Made by a program: the position numbers and the translations under genes. Positions 53,603 through 64,000 of a stretch of DNA of 64,000 nucleotides are shown piece by piece. How positions within the stretch are numbered: the stretch's first letter is position 1; each line of letters opens with the position of its first letter. The DNA is taken from the NCBI RefSeq assembly GCF_009914755.1, contig NC_060938.1. One strand, written 5' to 3'. Source of the DNA: the human T2T-CHM13v2.0 reference genome, Homo sapiens. The notes under the pieces are model-generated. The model was given only the letters and a program-made list of their open reading frames with translations. It was not told the origin of the DNA and made no database searches.

Positions 53603-56600
53603 CCTTTGATATTAGTGCTTTAAAATGGAAGGGCAGAATAATTTTAACCACAAAAGTTGCCAGGAAATTGCAGATTCTGATGTCATTAAGGTATGAGCTG
53701 AAAGCATATGCCCCAAAGAGGGAGGGCAACAAAACAAAAGACTTTCGGAGAAAATGAGTGGAGAAAAAAACACCTGTCCCATTGTGATACCTTCAGAATT
53801 CACACTGCCTCATGAACTGAGTCCCCATGCATCATATCACTGCACACTTACAGCGGCCATATAATGTGTGTATATACAACCTTCATTGAACAGATGGGGA
53901 AACAGAGGGTAAGAGGTAAAATAACTTACCAAAAGCCACACAAGAAGGGTTATCATGGCTCTGAACTCCTGCAGAACACTGCCTCTCCCCTTCCTCTCTG
54001 CATTAATTCCAGATGTGTTTGCAGGATATACTAGGAGGGACTTAGAGCCATGGATTTGTGTCCTTGCTCCACCTCACACCTTGGGATTCTGGGAAAATTA
54101 TTTAATGTGTCTTTGCCTCACTTTCCTCCTCTGTAAAATAGTAATAGTACCTACCAACAAGGTATTGTGATGATTTGGTAAGAATATTTTTGAATGGAGT
54201 CTGGCAGGTAATGTAGGTGTACATTAATGACTAATTCTTTCACCCTTTTCCCTGAAAACTTAGCTCAAGCTGCACGCTTCTCCTTTGACCTCCTATAGCA
54301 TCTATGAGATCTCTCTGAAGCCACTATCAGCAGCACCTGGCATTTACCACAAACTGAGTTTCCTTTTGCATATTGTTAGTTTCCTTTCTATCTGATTACT
54401 TCCCCCTAATTAGACTATAAGCTACTTAAAAGCAGGACCAAATTCTCACTTCTCTGGATGCTTTATAGCATCTAGCCACACACACAGTAGAGACTTAGTT
54501 AAATCAAAGGCTTCTGCTGGAATACTGCTGTGATAAAAAGACAGGAAAACCTGAAGCCTATAGAGAAGAGGATAATGGTCATAATACCGATGTGATAATA
54601 ACAATAACTGATTTATCGAGTACTTACTCTTGTCAGGCATGGTGCCAAGTGTTTTAAATGCATTCTCTCACAGACTCCTTCCATCAGTCCTGGCTAAGAG
54701 GTTGGTTTGTTGGTGGGTTAGTTGGTTAGCTTTAACTAACATTTGGAAAGAGCTTATCATTGCACAGACTCTGTTGGAAATGTATTCAGCATGTATCACC
54801 CCATTTAGACCTTGCTGCAAAGATATATGGTAGACATTATTATACCCATTGTGTGGGTAGAAAAGGAAGCAAAGAGACATTAAATACATTTCTCAAAGTC
54901 TCACAGCTAGCACATGAAAGATCCAAGATTCACATGCTTGAAATTTGCAGGTTAGGTGACTTGCTGAAGTGTATGTAGCTAATAAATGACTTACATTTAT
55001 TACAGGGAGATTTACATCCTCTGGCTTTGGAGCTTAGTCAGTTCCTGTGCATGATAGCAGAAGCGGGACTGCAAAGCAGCAGTTCATAAATGTGGTAGGA
55101 GCATTTGTTTCCATCTGTGGATCTCTTCAGTAGGACAAAAGAGTTCATGGGTCCCTCTTCAACCTCTTACACTTGTCAACAAAACAAGCTCCCCTCAGAC
55201 TTAGTGGGAAGAGTGGTGCGGCTTTGGATGAGACATCAAGGAAATAGCGTTTAGTTTTAATGAATATCAGGAATCAATTAATGTATACTGGAAGCTAAAT
55301 GCTATCATTTTAGGAATATTACCCTCCTTTCACATCCCCAGGGAATCAGTACCTATCTTATATCAGCTCTCTGTCTTCCTCCCTGGCTGACCTCACAGTG
55401 TAACTTTCTTTCACTTTGTAACCCGTTTCTCTGAAGAGGACACCCACCTAGCTGTTAACCCTAGGGTCTGTAGGTCCACCCCAGTGACTCCAATGGCCTC
55501 CCTCTCACCAGTGACCAGAGCCCTGCCTTAGGGCTCCACAGAGCCCAGCTGGCCAATGGGTTCCACGGAGCCAAGCCTGGCACCTAATGGCCAGTGCAGC
55601 CCCATGTGAGCCAGGAGAGAGAAATCAGAAGGGTGAGACCCAAGTTGGGCTGATCAGAAACCCAATGGGAGAAGCAGGCCTGATATGGAGGGTGACCATT
55701 CAACCAATTCATGTTACTGCAAAAGACAGGTTTCCAATCTCTCCCAGACAGTCTGCCCTGAGCTCTCTTGGGAGATGCTGTTCTTGCAGAGCTCAGAAAA
55801 GGAATTTCAAACCTTCAGAATCTCAGACTGACTATGATCGTTCAGATTCAGGTGAAAGCAGGATGTGGGGTGAGGGTGGTGGTGTAAATGAACCACTATT
55901 GAAATAGTCATCATTTGATCACCAGTTCTCCTTAAAATAAGATACAACGTCCATACAACTTTGCAAATTTGTGTGAAATAAGGCATCAGGTAATTCTTTG
56001 CTAGAAGGAGTGTAAGACTGCATTCTTGGTCCCACTAATCTTGACCAAGGAGAAAAAATATGTCTAATTTAACCATAGACTGGCTGATTTTCTCAAAGGC
56101 AAACACAGAAAGGTCATTGATTTTCTCTTGGGGATCACACTTAAGTCCATGCATTACCTTTTGATGATTGCACTAGAAGAGAAATCTATTCATTTCTGAG
56201 GGAACCTCCTCTCCAGGAAACCTAACTAAAAAGTCATTATCTGAATGTTAGTATTTTGGTGGAAGGGTTTTTTATTCTTTCTCTTATTTTACTTCTTTCT
56301 TATCAAGTCTAGAGGGCAAGGTTCTGTCGTATGTATTGACTTAGACTAAATATAATCTAGATTCTTCTGGTCCCTTAAAAAAGAAGTCACCGTTTTAGAG
56401 TTTTTCCTCAGTGGATGCAAAATTAACGCATTGCCTTTGCCTCACCCACAATGTTTAGGTCTAGGGCTGTACTCATTTCGTTATTTTATTATTGAGCACA
56501 AATATAATCAATATTCAAGTGATTTCCTGAGTCTCATTCTGTCCCCAGCTACCCCCAGCTTACCCTGTGGGGGCTCATTCTTCTCTCTGTAGCTCGCCCA

Positions 56601-57010
56601 CCCCTTAAATGAGCGCTGTTGGAGACAGGCTTTTGCTTCTGAGCAGTGCTCACAGATTTTTTGACTTGGTGGTATAAAATTCCTTTCATATGGCTGTTGC
56701 CTGTAGATGCGTTAAGTTTTGAGGGCCTAGCCCATGAGGCCTGTGCAAGTGCTTATTATGAGCTGAGAGTATTCCGTGTAAACCTCGTAATAATCCTGTG
56801 AGGAGGTACTATCATTGCCCACATTTTACAAATTAAGGATTTGTAAAGTTTAAGCCATTTAGTAACTTGCCTGAGGTCACTAAGTAGGCACTAAGGAGCC
56901 AGGCGTGCTTGGCTCCAGAGCCTTGGCACATTTGTTACCTCAAGACACCTGTCCATTTACAAACAGATGGGCCTGGGAGCACCCCTGGAGTGCAGATGGA
57001 TAGCTTAGGG

Positions 57011-57187
57011 CAAGGGTTCTCAATCACAGCTACGTATCAGAATCACCTGGAGTGCTTAAACAATATACTGATATCCCAGCCCCACGTCAACACAATGAAA
57101 TCCAACTCTCTGGAGGTAGGTTCCAGGCATCAGTACTTTTCAAGCTTCCCGGGTAATTCTCGGGAGAAGCCAGGCTGAGAAGCCCTC
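57011..57187 (+). mobile_element. MER5A-like hAT MITE
   Basis: ggttctcaa...atcagaatcacctggagtgctt...ccaggctgagaagccct. Confidence 0.85.
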
Positions 57188-57828
57188 ATCCACAGGAAAG
57201 AACTCATCCCTAGGAGAATGGTTTGGTTGTGCACCCATTGCTGATCTGAGCACTAACAGCTCCAATAACCTGCTGGTTTTGGTGCTTCTGTTCCAGAATC
57301 CCATACCCCTCTCTTCCCCCCAGAGAACCAGCAGCTCTATTCCCCTCTACCCAGGCTCTGAGCTGTTACACGGCTGTCAGGTGTATACTCATTTCATGGC
57401 ACCTCACTGCTTACTTATCCTCTGTGAGCACTTCCCCTGCATTTTGGTCCTCTCCCTCTTCTTCCCCACAGTTAGTCATTCCCTCTCGTGGGTTCCCACA
57501 AAACCGTGGCCATGGCCTCGGACAGTACTGATCTCATGGCTTCATCTCTATCTGTTTCTGAGTCCGTCTCCTCCACTGGATTGTGAGCTACGTGAGGACT
57601 GGGGCTGTGTCTGACTCTTCTCCATACCCCGCTGTGGGGGCAGGGCACTCAATAGGATGGACCCAGACAACGTGGATTGAAAGCATACATTCTGGTCTAT
57701 GGGACTGGGTTCTGATATCAGAAAAGTCTCCGTCTGTTGCCACAGCCTCTCTTTCCATTCACCTCCATGTGACACAAAGAGTTTTTATGGGAAGTAAAAC
57801 AAACAAAAAAACTAACGAAAACTTCCTG

Positions 57829-57865
<37 letters not shown>

Positions 57866-58165
57866 GGCCAGGCACAGTGCTCATGCCTGTAATCCCAGCA
57901 CTTTGGAAGGCCAAGGCGAGTAGATCACTTGAGGTCAGGAGTTTGAGACCAGCTTGGCCAACAGGGCAAAACCCCATCTCTACTAGAAATACAAAAATCA
58001 GCTGGGTATGGTGGCACACGCCTGTAATCCCAGCTACTCAGGAGGCCGAGGCAGGAGAATCGCTTGAACCTGGAGGCAGAGGTTGCAATGAGCAGAGATC
58101 ATGCCACTGCACTTCCAGCCTGGGCAACAGAGCGAGACTCCACCTAAAAAAAAAAAAAGAAAAAA
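57866..58165 (+). mobile_element. Alu (AluSx/Sz-type), preceded by T20-A17
   Basis: Full Alu ggccaggcacagtgctcatgcctgtaatccc...gagcgagactccacctaaaa. Confidence 0.96.
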
Positions 58166-59439
58166 GCAATTAAATCTTCAAGATTTGGCTCCAAACATAT
58201 CTCCAAAAAGAAGTCTCTTGGAGTGCCTCAGCTCATCATGGTCTCTTTTCATGATATTTAACAGTCATCACAACCTATATCATTCAGTTGCCAGTTGCAT
58301 TCTTCCGTTACTGTCTTCAACAGTTATTTTTTAATGCTTATAGGTTTATGTTTCACTTTCCTAACAAGACTGTGAACTCCATGAATTTCAGGCTATTTCT
58401 AAAATGGCAGTATCATTTTATTGGCTCACTTGTTTGATGTCTCCTGACACACTGTAAGCTCTTGAAGGCCTGACACACTCTTACATTCATCTTCATATGA
58501 CAGCCCAGGCACAGTTCTGGTACCTGTAAGAGCTCAGCTGGACTTTGTTAAATGAAGACATTTGGTAACCCCTTTCAGCCTAGTGCCCTGAACTTACCAG
58601 GTGCTCACAAATCATATTTGTTAACTGAGTATGAAATGAAAAAGCATAATTCTTATTATAAGATGTGGTTCATATGAGGCATGAAAATTTATTGGATTAA
58701 ACCCTCTTTCAATTTCTTTTTTGGCTATTTGTAAATGCTTGGTTATTTGACTCCAAAATTGAATAAGTATTGGGGAAGAATCCCTCACCTACTTCCAAAT
58801 CCCTTACATATCAATTTTACACAAAGCCCCTAAACCTTCAGTTCCAATCACTCTGAATTTCATATACCTCCATTATTAAATTCAATACATCATTGCAGAG
58901 AAAAGACAACGGTGCCAACTGGGTTTGGTTGGTGCCTGCACACCCACAGTGGCAACTAAGTGTAATCTCTAAATATGGAATCAGGTCTGCTGTTTCATTT
59001 TTTAATGAAGGAAATAGAAGCCCTGGCCCCCTCACTAGAGATGCTGCCCTGTTGTATCAGCTACAAAACACAGGGTCCTGCTCCATTTGGCTGACTGATT
59101 ATACAGGGGGATTCCCCTTAGATGATAGGTTTGATGCCCAATGATAGCAACACTGTCAAACAGATCATTGTTTTCTGTTTTCCTTTGGGGAAATAAAAGT
59201 CTATGTGGGAGGAAGGGGACATGAAAGAAACGTATAAACTCATCTGCCCCAGAAAACCATCCCAACACCCTGTCCCCCAGCCCTACCTTTGGCCCTCCAG
59301 CTGCTGCACCCCAGCACACAGCTGTTGCTGTTGTGGACTAACAAGCTGTGGTTAGCAGGGTAGGCAGGAGGGATGATTGCAATGGCACTAATGAGGGGCG
59401 CCAAGACAAGCACTCAAGGCAGCTGGTTTTAAAGCAGAT

Positions 59440-59508
59440 GGAAGGAAAGAAGGAAGGAAGGAAGGAAGGAAAAGAGGGAGGGAGGGAGGGAAGAAGGAAG
59501 GAAGGAAG
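59440..59508. repeat. (GGAA)n/(GGGA)n polypurine microsatellite
   Basis: Read directly; five consecutive GGAA at 59452-59471 and G3AG3AG3AG3 at 59476-59490. Confidence 0.95.
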
Positions 59509-60149
59509 ACAGGCCCAGAAGACAGCATGTCCAAATGATAGGCTCTGTAGAAGATGTCCCCAGGAGCACTCTGGGTGAGCTTCAAAGTGCTGCCAGCCAG
59601 GGCTGGTTACAATCCTTCACCACAGGCAGGGGAAATGAAGGAAAAGGCATCTTGTTCAGCCCACCCGTAGCCAGCTCTAACCACTTGAACATTAACTCTC
59701 CAGCATTCGGCTGAATAAAATGGTAATTGACATTACAGTGGAAGATGTGTAATGTCGACAATGCCATGGCTGGGAAGTTCCAGCCAAATTAATTTTGGCA
59801 GGAATCTAGGTCTGCAATGAGGCTAATGGGGGGCTGAGTCCCTGTCTTCAAAAGGCTCCTCCACTACATTTCACCTGTTAGTATGAAGTGACTGGCAAAG
59901 TTGGGTTTCGTATCTGCAGCAAACTCATCCAATGCCTAGAAGAGTTGGGAGACATATTGAGGAGATGATGGCTCTCTAACGAAGCCCAGCAAGGGAAAAG
60001 GAAGCAGAGCTCTTGCTCCTGACCCTTACTTCAGCTCTTCTATCTATTCATTTAAAAAAAATTAGAAAAATGACTTGAGGAAAAAAATAACCCTGCCTGG
60101 TATTTATATATATATTACAGTATATTTATAAAATTTGAATGACTGGGTG

Positions 60150-60629
60150 GCCTGACTGCATATTCATAGCTGAAGTGGAACAAGGTGATTCTCTGCCTTC
60201 TCCTTCCAGCTTCCATGCTGTAAGCCAGTGTCCTTTTTGCAGTCTCTTTAGTGCTACGTTTTTCACATGTTTGTGTTTGCGCTGATGAGTTTGCTGTTGA
60301 AAATGGCCCTTAAGCATACTGCTGAATCCTAAGTGCAAGAAGGCTGGGATGTGCCTGAGGAGGAAATGTGTGTGTTAGATAAGCTTTGTGAAGGCAGGAG
60401 TTATAATGCTGTTGCCTAGAGAGTTCAGAGTTAATGAATCAACGTATATATTAAATAAAGTGTCTTGAAGCAGAAACACACATAAGACAAGGTATATATT
60501 GATCAGTTGATAAAAATATTGTGACCAGCAGCCTGTATTTCCTCCAGGAGCAACGCTTTAGGATTCACTCATTCGGAGTTTGTGCTAACTTTATGGAACA
60601 TAACTGCTATGAATAATGAGACGTGACTA
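60150..60629 (+). mobile_element. TcMar-Tigger element (MER82-like)
   Basis: gaacaaggtgattctctgccttct...aagaaggctgggatgtgcct...ttaatgaatcaac...aacataactgctatgaataatgag. Confidence 0.82.
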
Positions 60630-60910
60630 TTTGGGGGCATGATTTGGGCTGCTTGGAAAGGTTTTCTATGGTATTTGAAGTGACAGAGACTGCAGGATAG
60701 GTGAAAAACAAAAGGAACAGTAGGAGGGAAATTGTTATATACTTGTGTCTGCTATCTGCAAGACTTTTCCAGCCTATTCTATCTCATTTAGTCTTTGTCA
60801 TAGCCTTATATGGCTGATCTTATTGTCCTTTTATTCCAGGTAAGGAAATTGAACCTTCAAGAGATTAGTCAATTTGCCTGAGGTCAAATAGCATGGAAGA
60901 CAGATTCCAA

Positions 60911-61400
60911 TGTGGCTGTAAGATTCCTTCTCTCCGCAAGAACATGCCCTATATAATCCCCTCCCTCAAGTGTGAGTGGGACCTGTGAACATTTGGGACC
61001 TGTGATTATTTGCCATGATTATGTTACATGGCAATGGTGAAGGTATTTTGCAGATATAATTAGGGTCCCTAATCAGTTGACTATTAAGCCTTGACTTTAA
61101 GGGAAACTGTCCTGAGTGGACCTGACCTAATCAGGTGAACCCTTTAAAAGATGTGAGAGATTCTCTCTCCCCGTGTCCTTGAAGAAGCAAGCCATGAGTT
61201 CTATAGCTGCAAGAAAATTAATTTTGCCAACAACCACCTGACCTTGGAATCCACACCCCCACCCCCATGCTTCAGATAAGACAGCAGCCCCAGCTAACAC
61301 CTTAACTGCAGCTAAATTGTGCCTGGACTCATGATTCATGAAAACTGAGAAATAAATGTGTTGTTTGTAGTAATTAGTTATGCAATAGAAAACGAATATG
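60911..61400 (+). mobile_element. MaLR solo LTR (MLT1E-like)
   Basis: gtgtgagtgggacctgtga...ttttgcagatataattagggtccctaatcagttgact...gcaatagaaaacgaata. Confidence 0.85.
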
Positions 61401-61484
61401 CATTGTCAAGCTCTAGCAGAATCAGGGTTCAAACACAGGTCCACCTGCCTCCAAAGCTGATGCTTTCCTCCTTTATACCCTGTA

Positions 61485-61871
61485 CAGACAGGATTCCTGA
61501 CTCAGGATGGTTCGACCGACAATTTTTGAAGTTTATGATGGTGCAAAAGTGATATGCATTCAGTAGAAACTATACTTTGAGTATCCAGAAAACCATTCTA
61601 TTTTTCACTTTCAGTACAATATTCAATAAATTATATGAGATATTCAACACCTTATTTTAAAATAGGCTTTGTTTTATATGTTTTTGTCCACTTGTAGACG
61701 AATATAAGTCTTCTGAACATGATCAAGTAGGCTAAGCTAAGCTATCACGTTCTGTGGGTTATATGAAATAAATACATTTTTGACTTATGGTATTTGTAAC
61801 TTGCAATGGAATTACATCCCTTGTGATGGGTTTATCAGGATGTAACCCCATCATAGGCTGAGCAGCATCTG
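61485..61871 (+). mobile_element. TcMar-Tigger MITE (MER47A-like)
   Basis: ttatgatggtgcaaaagtgatatgcattcagtagaaac...ggatgtaaccccatcataggctgagcagcatctg, with TA flanks. Confidence 0.85.
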
Positions 61872-63679
61872 TAATATCACCTTTTCTTTGTTGTTTGCTT
61901 GCTTGCTTGTTTAGTTGGCATGGGAGAGGGTTGGCAGAAGAGGGTACTTTTTTCTTTTGAGGAAAGGAATACAGAAGACATTTAGATACAATGACTAAGG
62001 TTTTAGCCCTAACACAAAGGAAGTCTCTTCAGCCTTGGATGGTGGCAGTAACTGTGACCAGTAAAAACATGGGGGTGTGAGCCAGCCTTTTATCTCCTTC
62101 TGCTCAGGAAACAGCTAGTGGAGATTTGAGAGCAGCAGGGTTTACAAAGCGACAAGGTAAGAATGCTGGGTCCCTCATGTTGAATGAAACACATAAAATT
62201 GCCGATATTATTATTATATTTTTGATGTACACAAACAGCAATACATACGATTCAACCAGCTATGTGCAAGCACAAAGCTTAGCCAGTGGTTAGGCCAGGG
62301 CTGATCAGTGACCAGAACAGGGCAGCAGCAACGTGTTCTATAGGAAAGAACTTCTAAAGTGGGAAGAGATGCGAGTGGGGCCGTGATCAGGGCGTGAATA
62401 TGACAAGTAGGTGTGTAGAGCCGGGAGGAGTTGTCAGTGATTGCAATCATGCCTCAACCATGGCAAATTTCAGTTAAGGGCTCTGCACAACTCAAGCCTA
62501 ACCTGGAATTCCTGACTTGGATTTAGTGACAAGCTGTGTTGTGAAAAGGGAAGCACAGAGTGGTCAGGGCTGGGGTTGCACCATTGCAGGCTTAGTGTAA
62601 GGATCATACATCATAAATGTCCAACACCTGCTGGAATTCCTGGCACACAGTAAGTACTAAATAAATCACAGTATTGTTTGGCACTTCATTAGGTTACAGG
62701 AAACTGCCTTGCTTAGGTAAAATGAAGGCAAGGGTGACTCATCTCCAAATATAGGGATGAAAAAGAAAGGTATAAAGCCCTGATTGGGAAAAGCAGAATC
62801 AGGCTGGAGAATAGTTAATTCCTTAGTTACTGAACTTCCTCTTCTGGGGATGCGTGGGGAGAGGCAGCACCATCCACAGCACTATGGGAGAGTCACGGGT
62901 CTTGCTCCAGATCACTTGGCCATTAAGAGCAGGGCCCTCCATGTGAAGCAGCCCCAGCCTGACAGGCTTGTGGTTTTCATCACAGGAGCCCAGAGATATG
63001 GTTCCACTCTGAAGCTGTAATTGTTCTGTTTAAGCTTTTTGATCATTAACAGGCCCGGGGGTGGAAGGTGTGTGTACTATGTGATCTGGGAGATGGGTCT
63101 AGTGAGAGAGGCCTCAGTACTGCCTACAGGCTGCTCCAAGACATGCCCAAGAGCCCTCTGCAGCCTGTACTGTAATTATTGTAGCTGCTCCAGCCCCAGA
63201 GTCCCACTGGCAAGTGATTTCACATGTAATTATCCTTGAGACCAGAAAGACTTTGCCCATCCTCCTCCCAGCCCTTCTTCCTCCCACTTCTTTTATTCTC
63301 CTTCACTTTCTACATTCCATCTTTCTTTCCCTTCATCTCCAAAACAAGTCCATAACGTCCACATCGGGATGCAGAGGAGTCAACCTCAAGGTCACCTTCT
63401 TCCCTGTCCTGGGGCTGCTCTGTCTTTGGAAGCAGCCTGTCATGTTCCCTGACATCATCAAAGAAAACCCAGATAATGACATTTCCCTCTACCTTCCTCC
63501 AGACAGTACTCTGACTTTCTATCTTTAGATCAACTGTTTCTTCCTAAAAGCTAATCCCGGGATTGGGGAGGGAATACAATTACTGCTGGGGGAACCTGAG
63601 CAAAACGCTGGCCCAGATAGGTCAAATGGCTGTGACATGTCCAGGATACTAATTACTTAACTAAAAACTAGTACATCAT

Positions 63680-63910
63680 ACCCCTGGTGAGGAATTTAGA
63701 CTAGGCACTATGCTAAACGTTTTATATTGCATAATTGTATTCAATCCTCACAATAACCCTATAAGGTAGGTGCTATTATTAGCCATGTTATGTAAATGAG
63801 TAAAATGAAAGGTTAGATAACTTCCTCTAGTTCAGGTCACCAACAAGTAGCTGGGACTCCAAATCAGCCTGTCTGATAACAAGGCCACATATTTAATCAT
63901 GCTGCTCTAT
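63680..63910 (-). mobile_element. MIR SINE
   Basis: ttcaatcctcacaataaccctataaggtaggtgctattattagccatgttatgtaaatgagtaaaatga. Confidence 0.8.
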
Positions 63911-64000
63911 TACCCCCTGTGTATATATGGGCTTCCACTCACATCGCTGCTTTCACACTTCTGTTATTGGTGATTTTATTGTGGCAATGATGAGGCAAAC

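Overview
This is primate (most likely human) non-coding genomic DNA, either intronic or intergenic. It is CpG-poor and dominated by interspersed repeats: AluS/AluY, a 4.6-kb 5' half of an old L1M, several L1 3' ends, many MIR and L2 relics, MaLR/ERVL solo LTRs, and hAT/TcMar MITEs including a MADE1. I cannot support any protein-coding gene, RNA gene or CRISPR array. The long ORFs in the track are Alu-, L1- or microsatellite-derived, or lack any recognisable homology, and I cannot name the locus. The most unusual signals are local copy events. (1) A ~170-bp inverted, locally templated duplication lies inside the old L1 (17504-17672 vs 17872-18041). (2) A 64-bp inverted copy of another part of the same L1 (16544-16606) sits inside a (TA)n tract ~6.3 kb away (22845-22908). 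(3) A ~140-bp direct duplication of non-repeat DNA (3209-3349 vs 3580-3718) has a perfectly conserved 34-bp GATA/TCF/CCAAT core. All three pairs show similar divergence (~85-89% identity by hand alignment). Other points of note are a chimeric Alu trimer, a candidate L1 3' transduction and several dense transcription-factor motif clusters. Repeat subfamily names are recalled from consensus sequences, not from a RepeatMasker run, and boundaries of old repeats are approximate.
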